Below are positions 1-11,508 of a stretch of 58,548 nucleotides of DNA, piece after piece (the stretch's first letter is position 1; each line of letters begins with the position of its first letter). Made by a program: the position numbers and the translations under genes. The notes under the pieces were generated by a model. It was not told where the DNA came from, did no database searches, and worked only from the letters and a program-made list of their open reading frames with translations. Source of the stretch: a virus (Duplodnaviria; Heunggongvirae; Uroviricota; Caudoviricetes); IMG/VR virus record IMGVR_UViG_3300031555_007106. One strand, written 5' to 3'.

Positions 1-609
1 GAGGCTGTGCATATATTCCATGTCAACATATTCGTTTTCGCAGAATTCGTCATAGCAAGCGTAGATTTCTCCGTCAAAACCATTTTCTTCAATCCACTCT
101 TCAAGACTTATCTCCTGATACCCTTCCGAAATACATTCCTGAAGGTCCTTGTAATACTTTCGAATCGCTTCAAGCTGTCTTTCAGCAGATATATGGGAGT
201 TTATCCAATCAATTTTATACATCGTGTAAGCGATATCTCTGATGTTGCCGTATTTGTTATTTACGTCAACATCAAGTGCTCCTTCGAGCTCATCTGCTAA
301 ATCAGATAAAAATGCATCAATCCACTCAGCGTCTTCAACAAGAGTTCTTATTGAATCAGGAACCCCGTTTTCACCTCTTGATGATGAGTTAAGTTCCACG
401 TGTTCATCAACATCAAAGTCGTCAGAAAGCTTTCGCATAGCTTCAACGAAACCATTTTCTGTTCCATCGTACCATACTGTCATAACCACGTCTTCTCCTG
501 CCGGCGTGCAAAACTCAATATCTCGATAGTATTCGCCGCTCTGTAAACTACGGTCATAAATTCTCATGTCGTTGTCTTCTAAAACTGAAATAATGTTTTC
601 TGTAAGCAT
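1..609 (-). CDS. Hypothetical protein, partial (runs off the left edge; begins MLTENIISVLEDNDMRIYDR)
   Basis: Not in the ORF track. ATG at 607-609 behind a GAAAGGAAA RBS; I read the frame open to position 1. Confidence 0.8.
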   Translation of the reverse strand, partial: MLTENIISVLEDNDMRIYDRSLQSGEYYRDIEFCTPAGEDVVMTVWYDGTENGFVEAMRKLSDDFDVDEHVELNSSSRGENGVPDSIRTLVEDAEWIDAFLSDLADELEGALDVDVNNKYGNIRDIAYTMYKIDWINSHISAERQLEAIRKYYKDLQECISEGYQEISLEEWIEENGFDGEIYACYDEFCENEYVDMEYMHSL

Positions 610-638
610 AATAAAAAATTTCCTTTCATAATAAAAAA

Positions 639-740
639 TAATAGCAATTCTTTAAAACTCCATATCGTCATAAAAATATTGCTATTAATAGTATGACAAT
701 TTTCTCGTAAAACAAAAAAGCCCGCCGAAGCGAGCTTTTT
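639..740 (-). promoter_or_regulatory. Repeated terminator+promoter+5' leader cassette, copy 1 of 11 (others approx. 3301-3401, 7747-7846, 11393-11492, 14727-14830, 25211-25304, 29188-29287, 33519-33616, 38998-39070 with displaced terminator, 42421-42517, 45151-45247)
   Basis: Sense consensus: GCTCGC-TTCG-GCGGGC-TTTTTT, then GTTTTA-N12-CATACTATT, then (T)AGCAAT..TGACG-N3/4-GGAG..ATTG(CT/AC). Always sits between a stop codon and the next module's RBS. Confidence 0.9.
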
Positions 741-764
741 CTGTTATTGCTATCATCTTTTATT

Positions 765-3328
765 TTACACTTTGATAATTTCGATAATGTTTGATTTTAA
801 TTCCTTACGAATATCCAGCTTATTTAAAGCGAATACTTCGATAATGCCATTGTATTTGGTCTTAACCCAATACCTGTTCATGTACTCGTAAAAAGGAATA
901 GCCCAGCCAGACTGTCTAAAAACAGGCTCTGTTGTAACAATATGTAATTCCTTTAGCGGTTCTTTGTCGCCATTATCCCATGCCTGCAAAGCATGTGGAA
1001 TTCTAGCTCCTAAAACCGTTTCAAATTCAGGTACATCCCAATTAACAAACTTATAATGAGTCATCTTATTCTCCTTTGCTCTGCAAAACATCAATATACG
1101 TCTCTTCATTTGATTCACTGAGACTCTTATCAGTTTTATCAAGAAGAGAGTCAATCGACTCGTATGTTTCTTTTTCAAAGTCGTCATACATATCCAAAAA
1201 CAATTCCATCGTCTTTGTATCACATTCAAAAGGGTCGATACAATTATCATCACAAGAAAACCTGATAGCATAACCATTAGAAGGTAAGGTTATTGCTATA
1301 GCATATCGAGCACCGTTTGATATATGAGAAAAACCGATATTTGGAAAGGGAAAATTGCGACCGCCTTTATCAAAGGTAATCTTATCATCGCCAAGGCTAC
1401 ATGTTATGCGGTTCCACAAGCCAGCTTTTTCAAACTTCTTTCGAACTTCAAGAAGTTCTTCGATTCTTGGAAGCAACAAACTCATTTTTTCATAAAGTTT
1501 TAACCCTCTCTCTTTCCTAATTTTATCAACATTTGCATTGTGGTCTTTAACTGCTTTACTTAATGTCTCAATTCTTTCTAATCTGTTCATTAATGATTTC
1601 CTTTCTTTAGAATTTGGTATTTATTTTCAAACCAATCCTAATATTCGCTTTTCTTCTTCAGAGAGCTTCTGTAAAATTTTCTCTCTTTTTTCTTCAACAG
1701 TTTCTTTATGTGTCGAAATTTCACAAGCACCATAACCGCACACGTCCACAACCTCAACTTCTCTATTCGCAAAAAATTTCTTGAAGTAATTCATTGCATC
1801 TGAACCTTTTAAATCCCATGTGCCACTATCGACGTCCAAAGAAATTTTAACTGTATCTTTCTTCGGAGTCATATCTAACGGTGTTGGCTCAACCAACTTA
1901 AAGTGAAGTGTATAATAACATTTATCAGCTAACGCAAATGCAATTTCATCGATGTAGCCAGTATATACACCTAAATCCATTACACTTCTTCCTTCACAAT
2001 CACCCTCTGTTGTCACCCTGAATGTTCCATAATTTGTATATGCTTTTTTGTTCATAATAATTTCCTTTCTTAAAAATTATTGTTGAGTCTTTTTTCTTCT
2101 GCTTCAACACGAGCATCAATATAAGCGTAAACTTCAGCTTCAAATTTCTCAAAATTGCCTAAGAAAATCTCCATTGCGTCAGCGTCAAAATCACAAACAT
2201 CAACAATTCTAGCTGTTGTTTCTTCTCGAATAAGTTTTATATCCGTGCTTATTGATATAGTGTAATACATTCCATTCTTAATCTCATAATCCATTGTAAC
2301 ATTAAATACCTCAAGCAAATCGAGGCATTTTCCGTCAAAATAAATAGTCTGATATTTCAAAGATTTTTTAAATTGTTTCAAATCTCCGAAAACGCCTGAT
2401 TCCTCAAAACATCTTTTGGCTTCAAGAAGGTCTGCAACTCGCTGGCGAAGAGAATTTATTTTTTCGAATAGTTCCTGCTTCCTTGCATTTTCAAGTTCCT
2501 TTTCTCTCTGTTTTTCTTTTTTTGCAGCATCAGCTACAGCTTTAATCTTTTCAACTCTTGTCATAATTGCTCACCTTTCTCTTATCGTCTAAGCCAAATC
2601 TTTAATCCTTTAAATTCGTACACACCGTTTTCAGATTCTTTATTCATATCCTCAAGAATTGAAGCTATGTACGAAACGAGGCCTGAACGATTGTAATCAT
2701 AATCAATCTTATCAGCACCGGATGCAGTAATGAATCCCATTGTTGAGGAATTATAGCCGGGTAACTCAATAGGATAAACTTCAAGCTCGTGATAATTTTC
2801 TCCGAATAAAGACATAAGAGCTTCAATTTCGCTTAAAACCAACCCACTTTCCCATTCCTTTTCAAGGAGAACGAGGTCAAAATTAGGAGTCGTTTTAACC
2901 GCAATATTATCAATTTCTTTTTTGTTCATAATTTATTTTCCTTTCGTATTGCTTTAATTGAGATATTCGGTCATCCATTCAGTATCAAGAGTAGGTCTGT
3001 TGCTACCGTTACATCTAAGGATAACTTCATCACCCCATGAAAGATTAGAACCGAAGGGTTCGTTTAAAAGAATAGCTGTTATGTTGCCTGTATAGCTATC
3101 ATCATCATACTTTTCTTTATCTTCAGGAGTAACCCAGCCCCAAACACCTTCTCCATTAAGAGAATCCGGTTCTTCTGTTGACTGAATATTGAATTTGATA
3201 TACCCTCTTTCCTGTTCTTCTTCCGTTAAAGATGTAAAAAATTCACCTTTGTTTTCAATAATTTTCTTTGCCATAATTTCAATTCCTTTCATAATAAAAA
3301 TAATAGCAATCTTTAATACTCCGTTCAT
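765..3328 (-). CDS. Module of 6 hypothetical proteins (765-1064, 1066-1590, 1627-2055, 2070-2564, 2582-2929, 2954-~3273)
   Basis: Tightly packed co-oriented ORFs with AGGA/GAAAGG RBSs. 1066 and 2070 look paralogous. Confidence 0.75.
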
Positions 3329-3414
3329 CAGTAAAATATTGCTAATAATAGTATGATAAAGTTTGCGTAAAACAAAAAAAAGCCCGCCGAAGCGAGCTTT
3401 TCTTTTTGTTGCTA

Positions 3415-6400
3415 TTATTTCGTTTCAATCCATTCTGGCTTGGGATTTAGCCAATTTCCTGCATTAATGTAAAACGCTAAATGTAGTTGTATTTCAGCGT
3501 GTTTGTCGTAATAGATTTTCCCTTCTATAACCTTAAAAGTACATTGCACACGCCATTCTCTTGTACTGGTACAAAAATAAGGTTCGTAAATTAACGCTAT
3601 CTGTAAATCCTTACCAAGCTGTTTAGCTTTTGAAACTGCATCATCGAAATCCTCATACAAGTAATAATTAAACTCTCCGTTTACCATTACCATATAATTA
3701 AATAACGGCATCTCTTTTTTGCTGTTCATCGGGTATTTCATCACACATCACCTTGACCTTGATTTTTCCTCCATTATACTTACAACTAAACTCTTGTTCA
3801 TTTCTTTATTCCATTTTCCCTTTTTCTTTAACACCTCTTTAATAGGGTCATAGTCACTAATTCTTTGATAATCATGTAATATTTCCTCTTTTGATATACC
3901 GGTGATAACCGATAAATCTTTTGCCATATTGTCAATTACTTTATTTAATAATTCAAACATTTCATTTAAGGCAAGAGGATTCGTAAAAACTATACTATTC
4001 CCTATTTCTACAATGCTATTTTCGTGTAACATTCATATTCTCCTTTTCGCTTTTTGCTTTCTTTACGCATAAATAATGTCATTAAACAGGGCATATTGAA
4101 TAATAGCATCTGCTGCTTCACCGTCAATATTTCCGGTGTCAAATTCCCCTCTGTCAATCCATTTATATACGTCGTTTCCCGCGTATCTGTGTGTAGAAGC
4201 CAATGAAATTCCTCTCAAAAACTTTTCAAGAGTAAGTACGTGCCACTTTTCCTCTTCATTATCGTACAGTTTAAGCGTTCCGCCGCGAGATATCTGTTCG
4301 TTTATGTATTCTCCCAAATAATCTTCATTATCACCTAATGAAGCAGCGGTACACCAATATGTAATTCCACCTTCTAAAGCGGAACACATAATATCATCAA
4401 TGTTTTCTGATGTCAGTACAGCAGACAAATAACTATTAATACGATATGTATTTTGTGGAGTATTTGTATATTCGGTTAATCCAAAGGCTTTTGCAATATA
4501 CCAACTTCCGATAGGATTTGGATTTAGACTTTCTTCATACACACACTCACTGCAAATTTTGATATGTGCAACTCTGCTGAATCCCATAATCATATCGTCA
4601 GCAATTCTACCGCAACGAGGGCAAGGGAGCTTCGCTCCCGCCTCTTGTGCTACAAACCAGTTATAGATTAATCCTTTTATGTCCATATCTTCCCTTTTTC
4701 CTTTCTTAAACTAATCCGTACTTTTTACCGAAAGCGATAATTTCAATGATTGAATCTTCCGAAGGTTGCATATACAAATGCTGTTCGAGTGACCCCATGA
4801 TTCTTTCAAACTCATATCTTACGGTTTTATCTTCCGTATAAAAGTTATCATTACCAAGTAAGAAATCATCGATGAGCAAACACGCCCATATATACTGGAA
4901 TAACTGCTCGTCGTTTATTTTAACACGCTCATCCTCGTCTTCGTTGTTAAACCAGTACATATCCTCTTCAGTAATATACTTAATCTCAATGTCATTGAAA
5001 TCAAAATCTTCCTTCGTTGGAACAGAATCTTTGATATAATCTATATCCTGTCCAGTTCTTAAAGTTAATTCCTTCATTATTAAGTTCCTCCCCAAATCAT
5101 TTCCGTCGCAACTCTTTCAAGGTCAATACGGCCTGCCGGATTAGAACCTCTTTCACTTTCATCGTTTACGAATGTCCAAAATGAAACAAGATTGTCACTT
5201 ATAAACTTAAAGCGAATATCATCATTATTAAGTTTTCCGGAAGCAAGCTTTCTTCTGCATTCAGAAAGCCATTCGAGCCATCTTACAGGATAAATAGGAA
5301 CATCATCTGCATCCGTAAAAATTGAATACTTTTGAGCCTCTTCCACTAAATCGTAGAGAATGTCTTCGTCAGTTTCCGATGCGATATCATCAAGAATATG
5401 CTTAACACTCTTGTATATGATATCCTCATTTAGCACATTCTGATGGTTACAGTCCTTTTCGATGTCATAGAGTATGTATCCGCCATTCTTATGTCGCTTA
5501 AGTATCTTATTTGCAGAGTTAAGCACAAGCATAAAAGCTTTATGACACATTTCGCGACAAGTCAAATTGTATTCTTCCTCGGTAAGATAACTGTAAGATT
5601 TAAGAAAATCTTCCTTTGAAAGGATAGCGAAATCAAACATCTTTTCCTCATCATCACAGAAATGAGTTGGCTTTTTATTCTGTGTGGGAACCTGCATACC
5701 CATATTCTTAGCCATAAGACTCACAAACTTATCGTTGAAAAAGTCGCAGCTGTCATCGCAGTCAGAATTTACATACTCATCAGCCCATTCAGAGAAAATA
5801 TTGCTAAGTTCTTCTGAATCATAAGCCTGAAGCTCCTTATAAGTATCTTCTTCGTGCGACATCATAGCAATGCCGATATTTTCACCCCAAAGAATTGCGA
5901 ACTGTACTACCAAATCCATATTACTTCTACTCATAACAATTCCTCCTTAAATCGCAACAGCATTCATTAAGCTTTCATTTATGCTTCCATCAGGTTTAAT
6001 AAGACCTTTTTTGCTGTTTTCAATGAAAACTTTCGCTTCTTTCTCGTTTGCAAAATAATCATGATATACATCGCGGGTTTTTAAGCGTTCGAAAGTGTTT
6101 TCGGGTATTGTTTCCCTTTCAACAACGTTTAAAGCAAACGTACTCTTTCTACCATCAAAATACCGCGATACAACCTCATAAATACTCATAACTTAAGGTC
6201 CTCCTTATTATTTTTCCTTCATCGTTACATCACATTATTCCATCCGAAAACTTTCTAAGAAATCCCATTTTGCATCGATAAACATACACTTTACAGTGGA
6301 GTAGTCGGGTGTTTTCATGGAAACTTCGTTAAAAGCCTTCTCTAATTCCTCTATAATACCGATAGCAGTTGTCTGCGTAAACTTACATTCTCTCTTTGCC

Positions 6401-7719
6401 TTTAAATAGCACTTTAAAAACGGGTTTGCATAATAGCTGTCGGCAAGATAAGCCGGTAAAAACTTATCGAATGCATTAATTACTTTTTCCTGACTCTTAT
6501 TCATAATATTTTCCTTTCTTTGAATTAAGAGTTTAGGCAACATTGGCCATATTTACCATTTCTTCGATTTCATCAATTGGTAAGGAGATTTCCCGCCAAT
6601 CATAATGTTCGCCCATTACATCAATAGGCGAAGCTTCGACTATCACTCTGGATAAATCAATTTCTCCGGTTGGGAATTCAAGACTTATCGCAGACGATAC
6701 AGCCTCTTCGTCCTCATCAAACAGATTAAATCCATTCACAGTTTCAAAGAACAAAGTAAAACCGTTGTCTTCTTTAGCTTTTCCTACATACATTAAATTC
6801 TCAATCATCTTTTTCCCTTTCTTTCAAAATGCAAATTTGTAATTATCAAGAGCTTCTTCAAGTGCTTCAGCAAGAAAATTATCTCTGCTCTCATCTGCCT
6901 TGATACGCATAATAGCGGCAATCTCAACTGCAGCGTATTCAAGTGATTCGTCATTATGAATACCAAGGTCAACAAGATTATCTTCATCAAGGCCAGACAG
7001 GTAGTTCATCACCATTTCCTTATCCTGAAGCATTAAATACTGGTGATACGCTGCCTGTAATTCTTCATTTGTAAGATGTATAGCAATTGCTCCATCTCCG
7101 TTTGGTGTGTTAAACTTTCTTTCAATCGTCATATTTTACCGCCTTTCATAGCAAATTCCTTCTTTTCGTCAAGCATTTTTGCGAATTTCTCAACTTTTTC
7201 CTTTAAACGAGTATATGAAGTCATCTGATGTATGTAATCTCCACGATTGCCTTCGATTAAATAAACATCAGGATAAGTAAGTTCTGCAACCGTCTCCATA
7301 TTTAATAACTTATCATTGACTTTATCAATGCTAAAATAAGCTTTTAAAAAGAGAACATCGATTTCGTCAAAAGCAACAAATAAACCTTCGGCATAATGAT
7401 TATTATCGCAGAGAAGACAATCACAATCGCCAAAGAATATATCGTTGATATGGTCTAAATATGCACCGAGACAGTCAACTTTATTTAAATCACGCTTACT
7501 TAATTCAATATCGCCATTAAAGTAAAGGTTGTTTAAAAAAGCACTGATAGCATCTGACACAATGCCATACTGTTTTCCATCGCCGTTTTCAAACCAAAAA
7601 TTTCTGCATATATCACCTCCGAACGACTTTACTTCATACACAGCTTTAATGCTGAAGCCTTCGCCGTTATTTATACGGATGTAATATTCTCTCTCAATTC
7701 TCTTTTCGATTTCATTCAT
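3415..7719 (-). CDS. Module of 10 hypothetical proteins (3415-3744, 3748-4032, 4063-4686, 4706-~5077, 5080-5934, 5947-6189, 6235-~6504, 6533-6808, 6824-7132, 7129-7719)
   Basis: Packed minus-strand ORFs with RBSs; acidic phage-like small proteins. 4063 has an N-terminal CxxC..CxxC. Confidence 0.75.
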
Positions 7720-7860
7720 AAATAAAACTTCCTTTCATAATAAAAATAATAGCAATTCTTTAAAACTCCGGTCGTCATAAAATAATTGCTATTTATAGTA
7801 TGGTAAAAAAGCCGTAAAACAAAAAAAGCCCGCCAAAGCGAGCTTTCTCTGTTATTGCTA

Positions 7861-10800
7861 TTATTCGTAATTTTCTGCAAACTTGTTAAGATACTCGGCT
7901 GCTCTACGCAGTGCATAGCCCATATCTACAGGTTCTGTATTATAACAGATAGTAAATACAAAACCTACGGAATCATCAACTATATAGGCTTCAATACCTT
8001 TTTTTGCTCTCCAATGATTCATCCAATAACCATACTCGTAGCCATCGCCGGTAATTTCCTTTCTATAACGATTAGCGTCAACGATTGGTATAGGACAACG
8101 AATAAGGTCATCATCAGGTTTTTCGCAAGCCAACACGATTAACCCCTTACTTATTTCTCCTGTTTTCTTATATCGTTCATAAGCTGTTACAGTACTTGTT
8201 ACTTCAACATAATTTAAACACAATTCCTTTTCTGTTTCATTAAAATAGATAGGCTCATGTTTATCAGAACGGATTGTACCACAATAGCTTTCCCAATTAA
8301 GAATGTCATCAAGCATAGGGTTTTTCTTCATTACAGGCAAATCCTGATGTCCGTTTTCTCTTACTTCAATCCATGCGTTATATCCTGCATTTAAACAAGA
8401 TATAAGGCCTGCTAACGCCTTAGAAGGATTTGTTGTTGCGTGTGTCCAATTTGTCTTAAATTCCATATTCTATTCCTTTCTCACATAGCCTTTTGGCTGT
8501 ACTTTGATTTCGTAAAAAAGTCCATTATATAAACCGAACGCAAATCATTGTCTCTTCCGAATTGCATCGCTCCGTTCCCAACCCAGTTGGGAATCTTGAA
8601 CTTTTCACAATCTTCCATTAAGTCTTTTAATGTAATTTCAGCTGTTTGCACGATTTCTTCATCAGGAGAAGATTCTTTTCTCTCTTTAGTGAGTATGTAA
8701 GACCAAAATATAAGACCTTTTATTGCCTCTTCTATTTTGTAATCGAAATACTCATATTCAAGCTTTCCGCAATATAATTTCATATTTTCCCTTTCTAAGC
8801 CGGTATAAGCTTTCTTATCTGTTCTGCAATTTCCTTATAAATAATGCGAGGTTCATTAATTTCATCCTTAATATCGACAGAAGAAAAATGTTTGTTTATG
8901 GTATCGCATAATTTTGCAAAATATTCATCAAGATGTGGAGGAGTCCACGTATCACTCCTACAAAGAAAAATTGCATCAAATTTCTTTTTTGAAAGTCTTT
9001 TGACAGAGCTATATAATCTATTTTGCAAATCATATTCAGCAAATAAATCTTCAATTCCGTACATTTTCAATGAAATTGGGTTATGTACCCACGCAAAGTA
9101 AGTCATTAGTTTTAATGCATTGCGTTCTTCCATAATATAGCCAATCCAATTTCCGCAGTCTAAACCTTCATTTTCGTTTATCATGTCATGATGGAGGTCG
9201 ACATTATAAATATATAATTCTTCTCCTTTAGACAGATTTTCGTTAATAAAGTCGTAGATATTTACATGACTGTTAGCTATCATTACAGGAATATCGGATT
9301 TTTGTTTCGACAGTAGGCTTATAAGCGAATTGTATTCGTCATTTAAAAGACCGATTTTTTTCAATTCATCACCATCAGCAGCATAATGATTTCCCCATAT
9401 AATTTCAGAAAGGTATGTGGGATTGTCTACACCATCAGGACATAAACTAATCTGCTCTTTTGTGACATTCTGAAAATAATCAAAGTCGATACTTAAAATT
9501 TTCATATTACTTCACCGTCTTCCACTCCTTCTACATAGCCATATTCAAGTAAATCAAGCGCAAAATCAATACCCTCTTCATCAACATCACTCGTAAAAAG
9601 AGCCGCTTGTTCTTCTGCAGAAAGACCATCCTTTCCTCTTGAATAATTCATATTGTCGTTAAGAATTTCCGCTTTAATTACATAAAAAAGCGTTTCGAGT
9701 GACAATGTAGCGGTTATTAAGCTCATACTTGAAGAAGTTTTCCATTCATCGCAAGAAAACAAAACAAAGATTACCGGTTTTTCCATTTTACTTTCTCCTT
9801 TCACTGAGCCACTCCATCTCTAACAATTTCCACATAGCCGTTTTCAAGATTACAAAACACAAAATTTTCACCTTTGTTTGCGTAATCTTCGTTAAACATT
9901 TTCAACTGTTCTTTCTGGGTAGCTTCATCATTTCCCTTTTTGTAATACATAGAAGATTTTTCGATTTCTGCTTTGATTAAACTTTTCATTCTTCTTGGAG
10001 AAAAGGTTGCGCCAACAAGTCGCATACTCTCTGGACTTTTCCATTCATTACAGGAAAACAAAACATAAATATATTTTCTTTTATTCACTCTTTATTCTCC
10101 TTTCATCCAACCGTTTCATATTTGTCAGAAAATCGAAACCGATGATTTCTCCCATCTGTTCCACAACGGCAACATCAACCCGGAAAGAATTTGCAGCTTC
10201 GGTATCCTTAGCCCATTCAATAGCCTCCTCTAATGTTCCCGTGAAATCCTGAATCCAGTTACCGCTAACGCTGCCATCCTTTTCTTCAGAAACATTTATT
10301 AAGGAAAATTTCATATTACCCTTCCTTTCTTATAGCTTATTCCATTCATTTACAATTTCTGTTAACACTTCTTCGGGATAAAGGTTATCCGATGTACCAT
10401 ATCCACCTATATTTACATACTGGTCATTAACAAAAATGTTGTAAATGTAAACTTCCTTTCCTTCTTCGTTTTCTTCAAAACTGATACCTAAACTCTTTGT
10501 ATCTCTTGCACGGAATAAAATGTAGAATTCTGTAATTCCCTTATTCTTTTCAAGTTCTGCAAAGGAAACACAACGTTTAATTATCTGTTTTAAATCTTCC
10601 GCTGAAAGAGTTTCGTTAAGATAACGCATATTGCGATTTCCGTTATACGACCAGTCTTTAACATAAGACGGATTGGAAATTCTTTTTGCTTCTCTTACAG
10701 CGTCTTTACCTTCGTTAAAAACACTTTGAAAGAGAAGATTTGATTTTTCTTTTATTCGTCGCAATCTTGTGCTTGTGTAGACATCTACATTATCGAAGGT

Positions 10801-11363
10801 TTCGACAAAATGTTCGTTCGCTTTTAAATCAGCCGTTACTGCAAAAATCATATTTGTTTTTCCTTTCTTTAAAACTCAATATCGCAATAAGGAGCAATAA
10901 CTTTGCATTCATATGCCTCCTTATTTAACTGCTCGAAAGCTGCACTGATTACGCCATCGGTATCCCATTCCTCTGTTTCTGCTTTATAGATATCGATTTT
11001 ATCTACAACTCGCATAATGACTCCATCTGTGAGTTCATGATTTCCGCTGACTTCAACGAGAACCGAAATATCCGTTCCGCAGCCGTCAACATTTACATCA
11101 GTAAAGCGAAGATATTCTTTTTCATTTTTCTGCTTGCTTTTATTCCCGACTTCTTCAACAAAAAGCTGCATAGCGGAAACGTCATCGGAATGTAGAGTTG
11201 TTTTCCCAAAATTAATAATGGTGTCGTGTTTATGTAAAGAAGCTCTTATCTGTTCCATATATTCATTTATGCACTTATCTGAAGCATTATCTTCAAGAAA
11301 ACTTTCATCTTCAATAACACAACCGTTTTTCAAATAAAACTTACCAATAATTTTCTTTTCCAT
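7861..11363 (-). CDS. Module of 8 ORFs (7861-8466, 8481-8783, 8795-9505, 9502-~9786, 9801-10088, 10081-10314, 10330-10851, 10869-11363)
   Basis: Packed ORFs with RBSs. 9502 and 9801 are tandem paralogs ([10 protein letters not shown] / [10 protein letters not shown]). Confidence 0.75.
8795..9505 (-). CDS. UPF0489-like / arginase-deacetylase-fold putative metallohydrolase
   Basis: N-terminal ILSIDFDYF, central NVDLHHD, LDCGNWI and C-terminal [12 protein letters not shown] motifs. Confidence 0.45.
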   Translation of the reverse strand: MKILSIDFDYFQNVTKEQISLCPDGVDNPTYLSEIIWGNHYAADGDELKKIGLLNDEYNSLISLLSKQKSDIPVMIANSHVNIYDFINENLSKGEELYIYNVDLHHDMINENEGLDCGNWIGYIMEERNALKLMTYFAWVHNPISLKMYGIEDLFAEYDLQNRLYSSVKRLSKKKFDAIFLCRSDTWTPPHLDEYFAKLCDTINKHFSSVDIKDEINEPRIIYKEIAEQIRKLIPA

Positions 11364-11508
11364 AATTAATAATTTCCTTTCTTTTATAAAATAATAGCAA
11401 ATTTAAGACTCCAAACGTCATAAAATAATTGCTATTAATAGTATGATAAAGTTTATGTAAAACAAAAAAAGACCCGCCGAAGCGAGCCTTTTAACAATTG
11501 CTATTTTA

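Noticed and set aside
639-740. Integron attC cassettes
   Set aside because: No integrase in the window and no RYYYAAC/GTTRRRY core sites; the repeats are explained as terminator+promoter.
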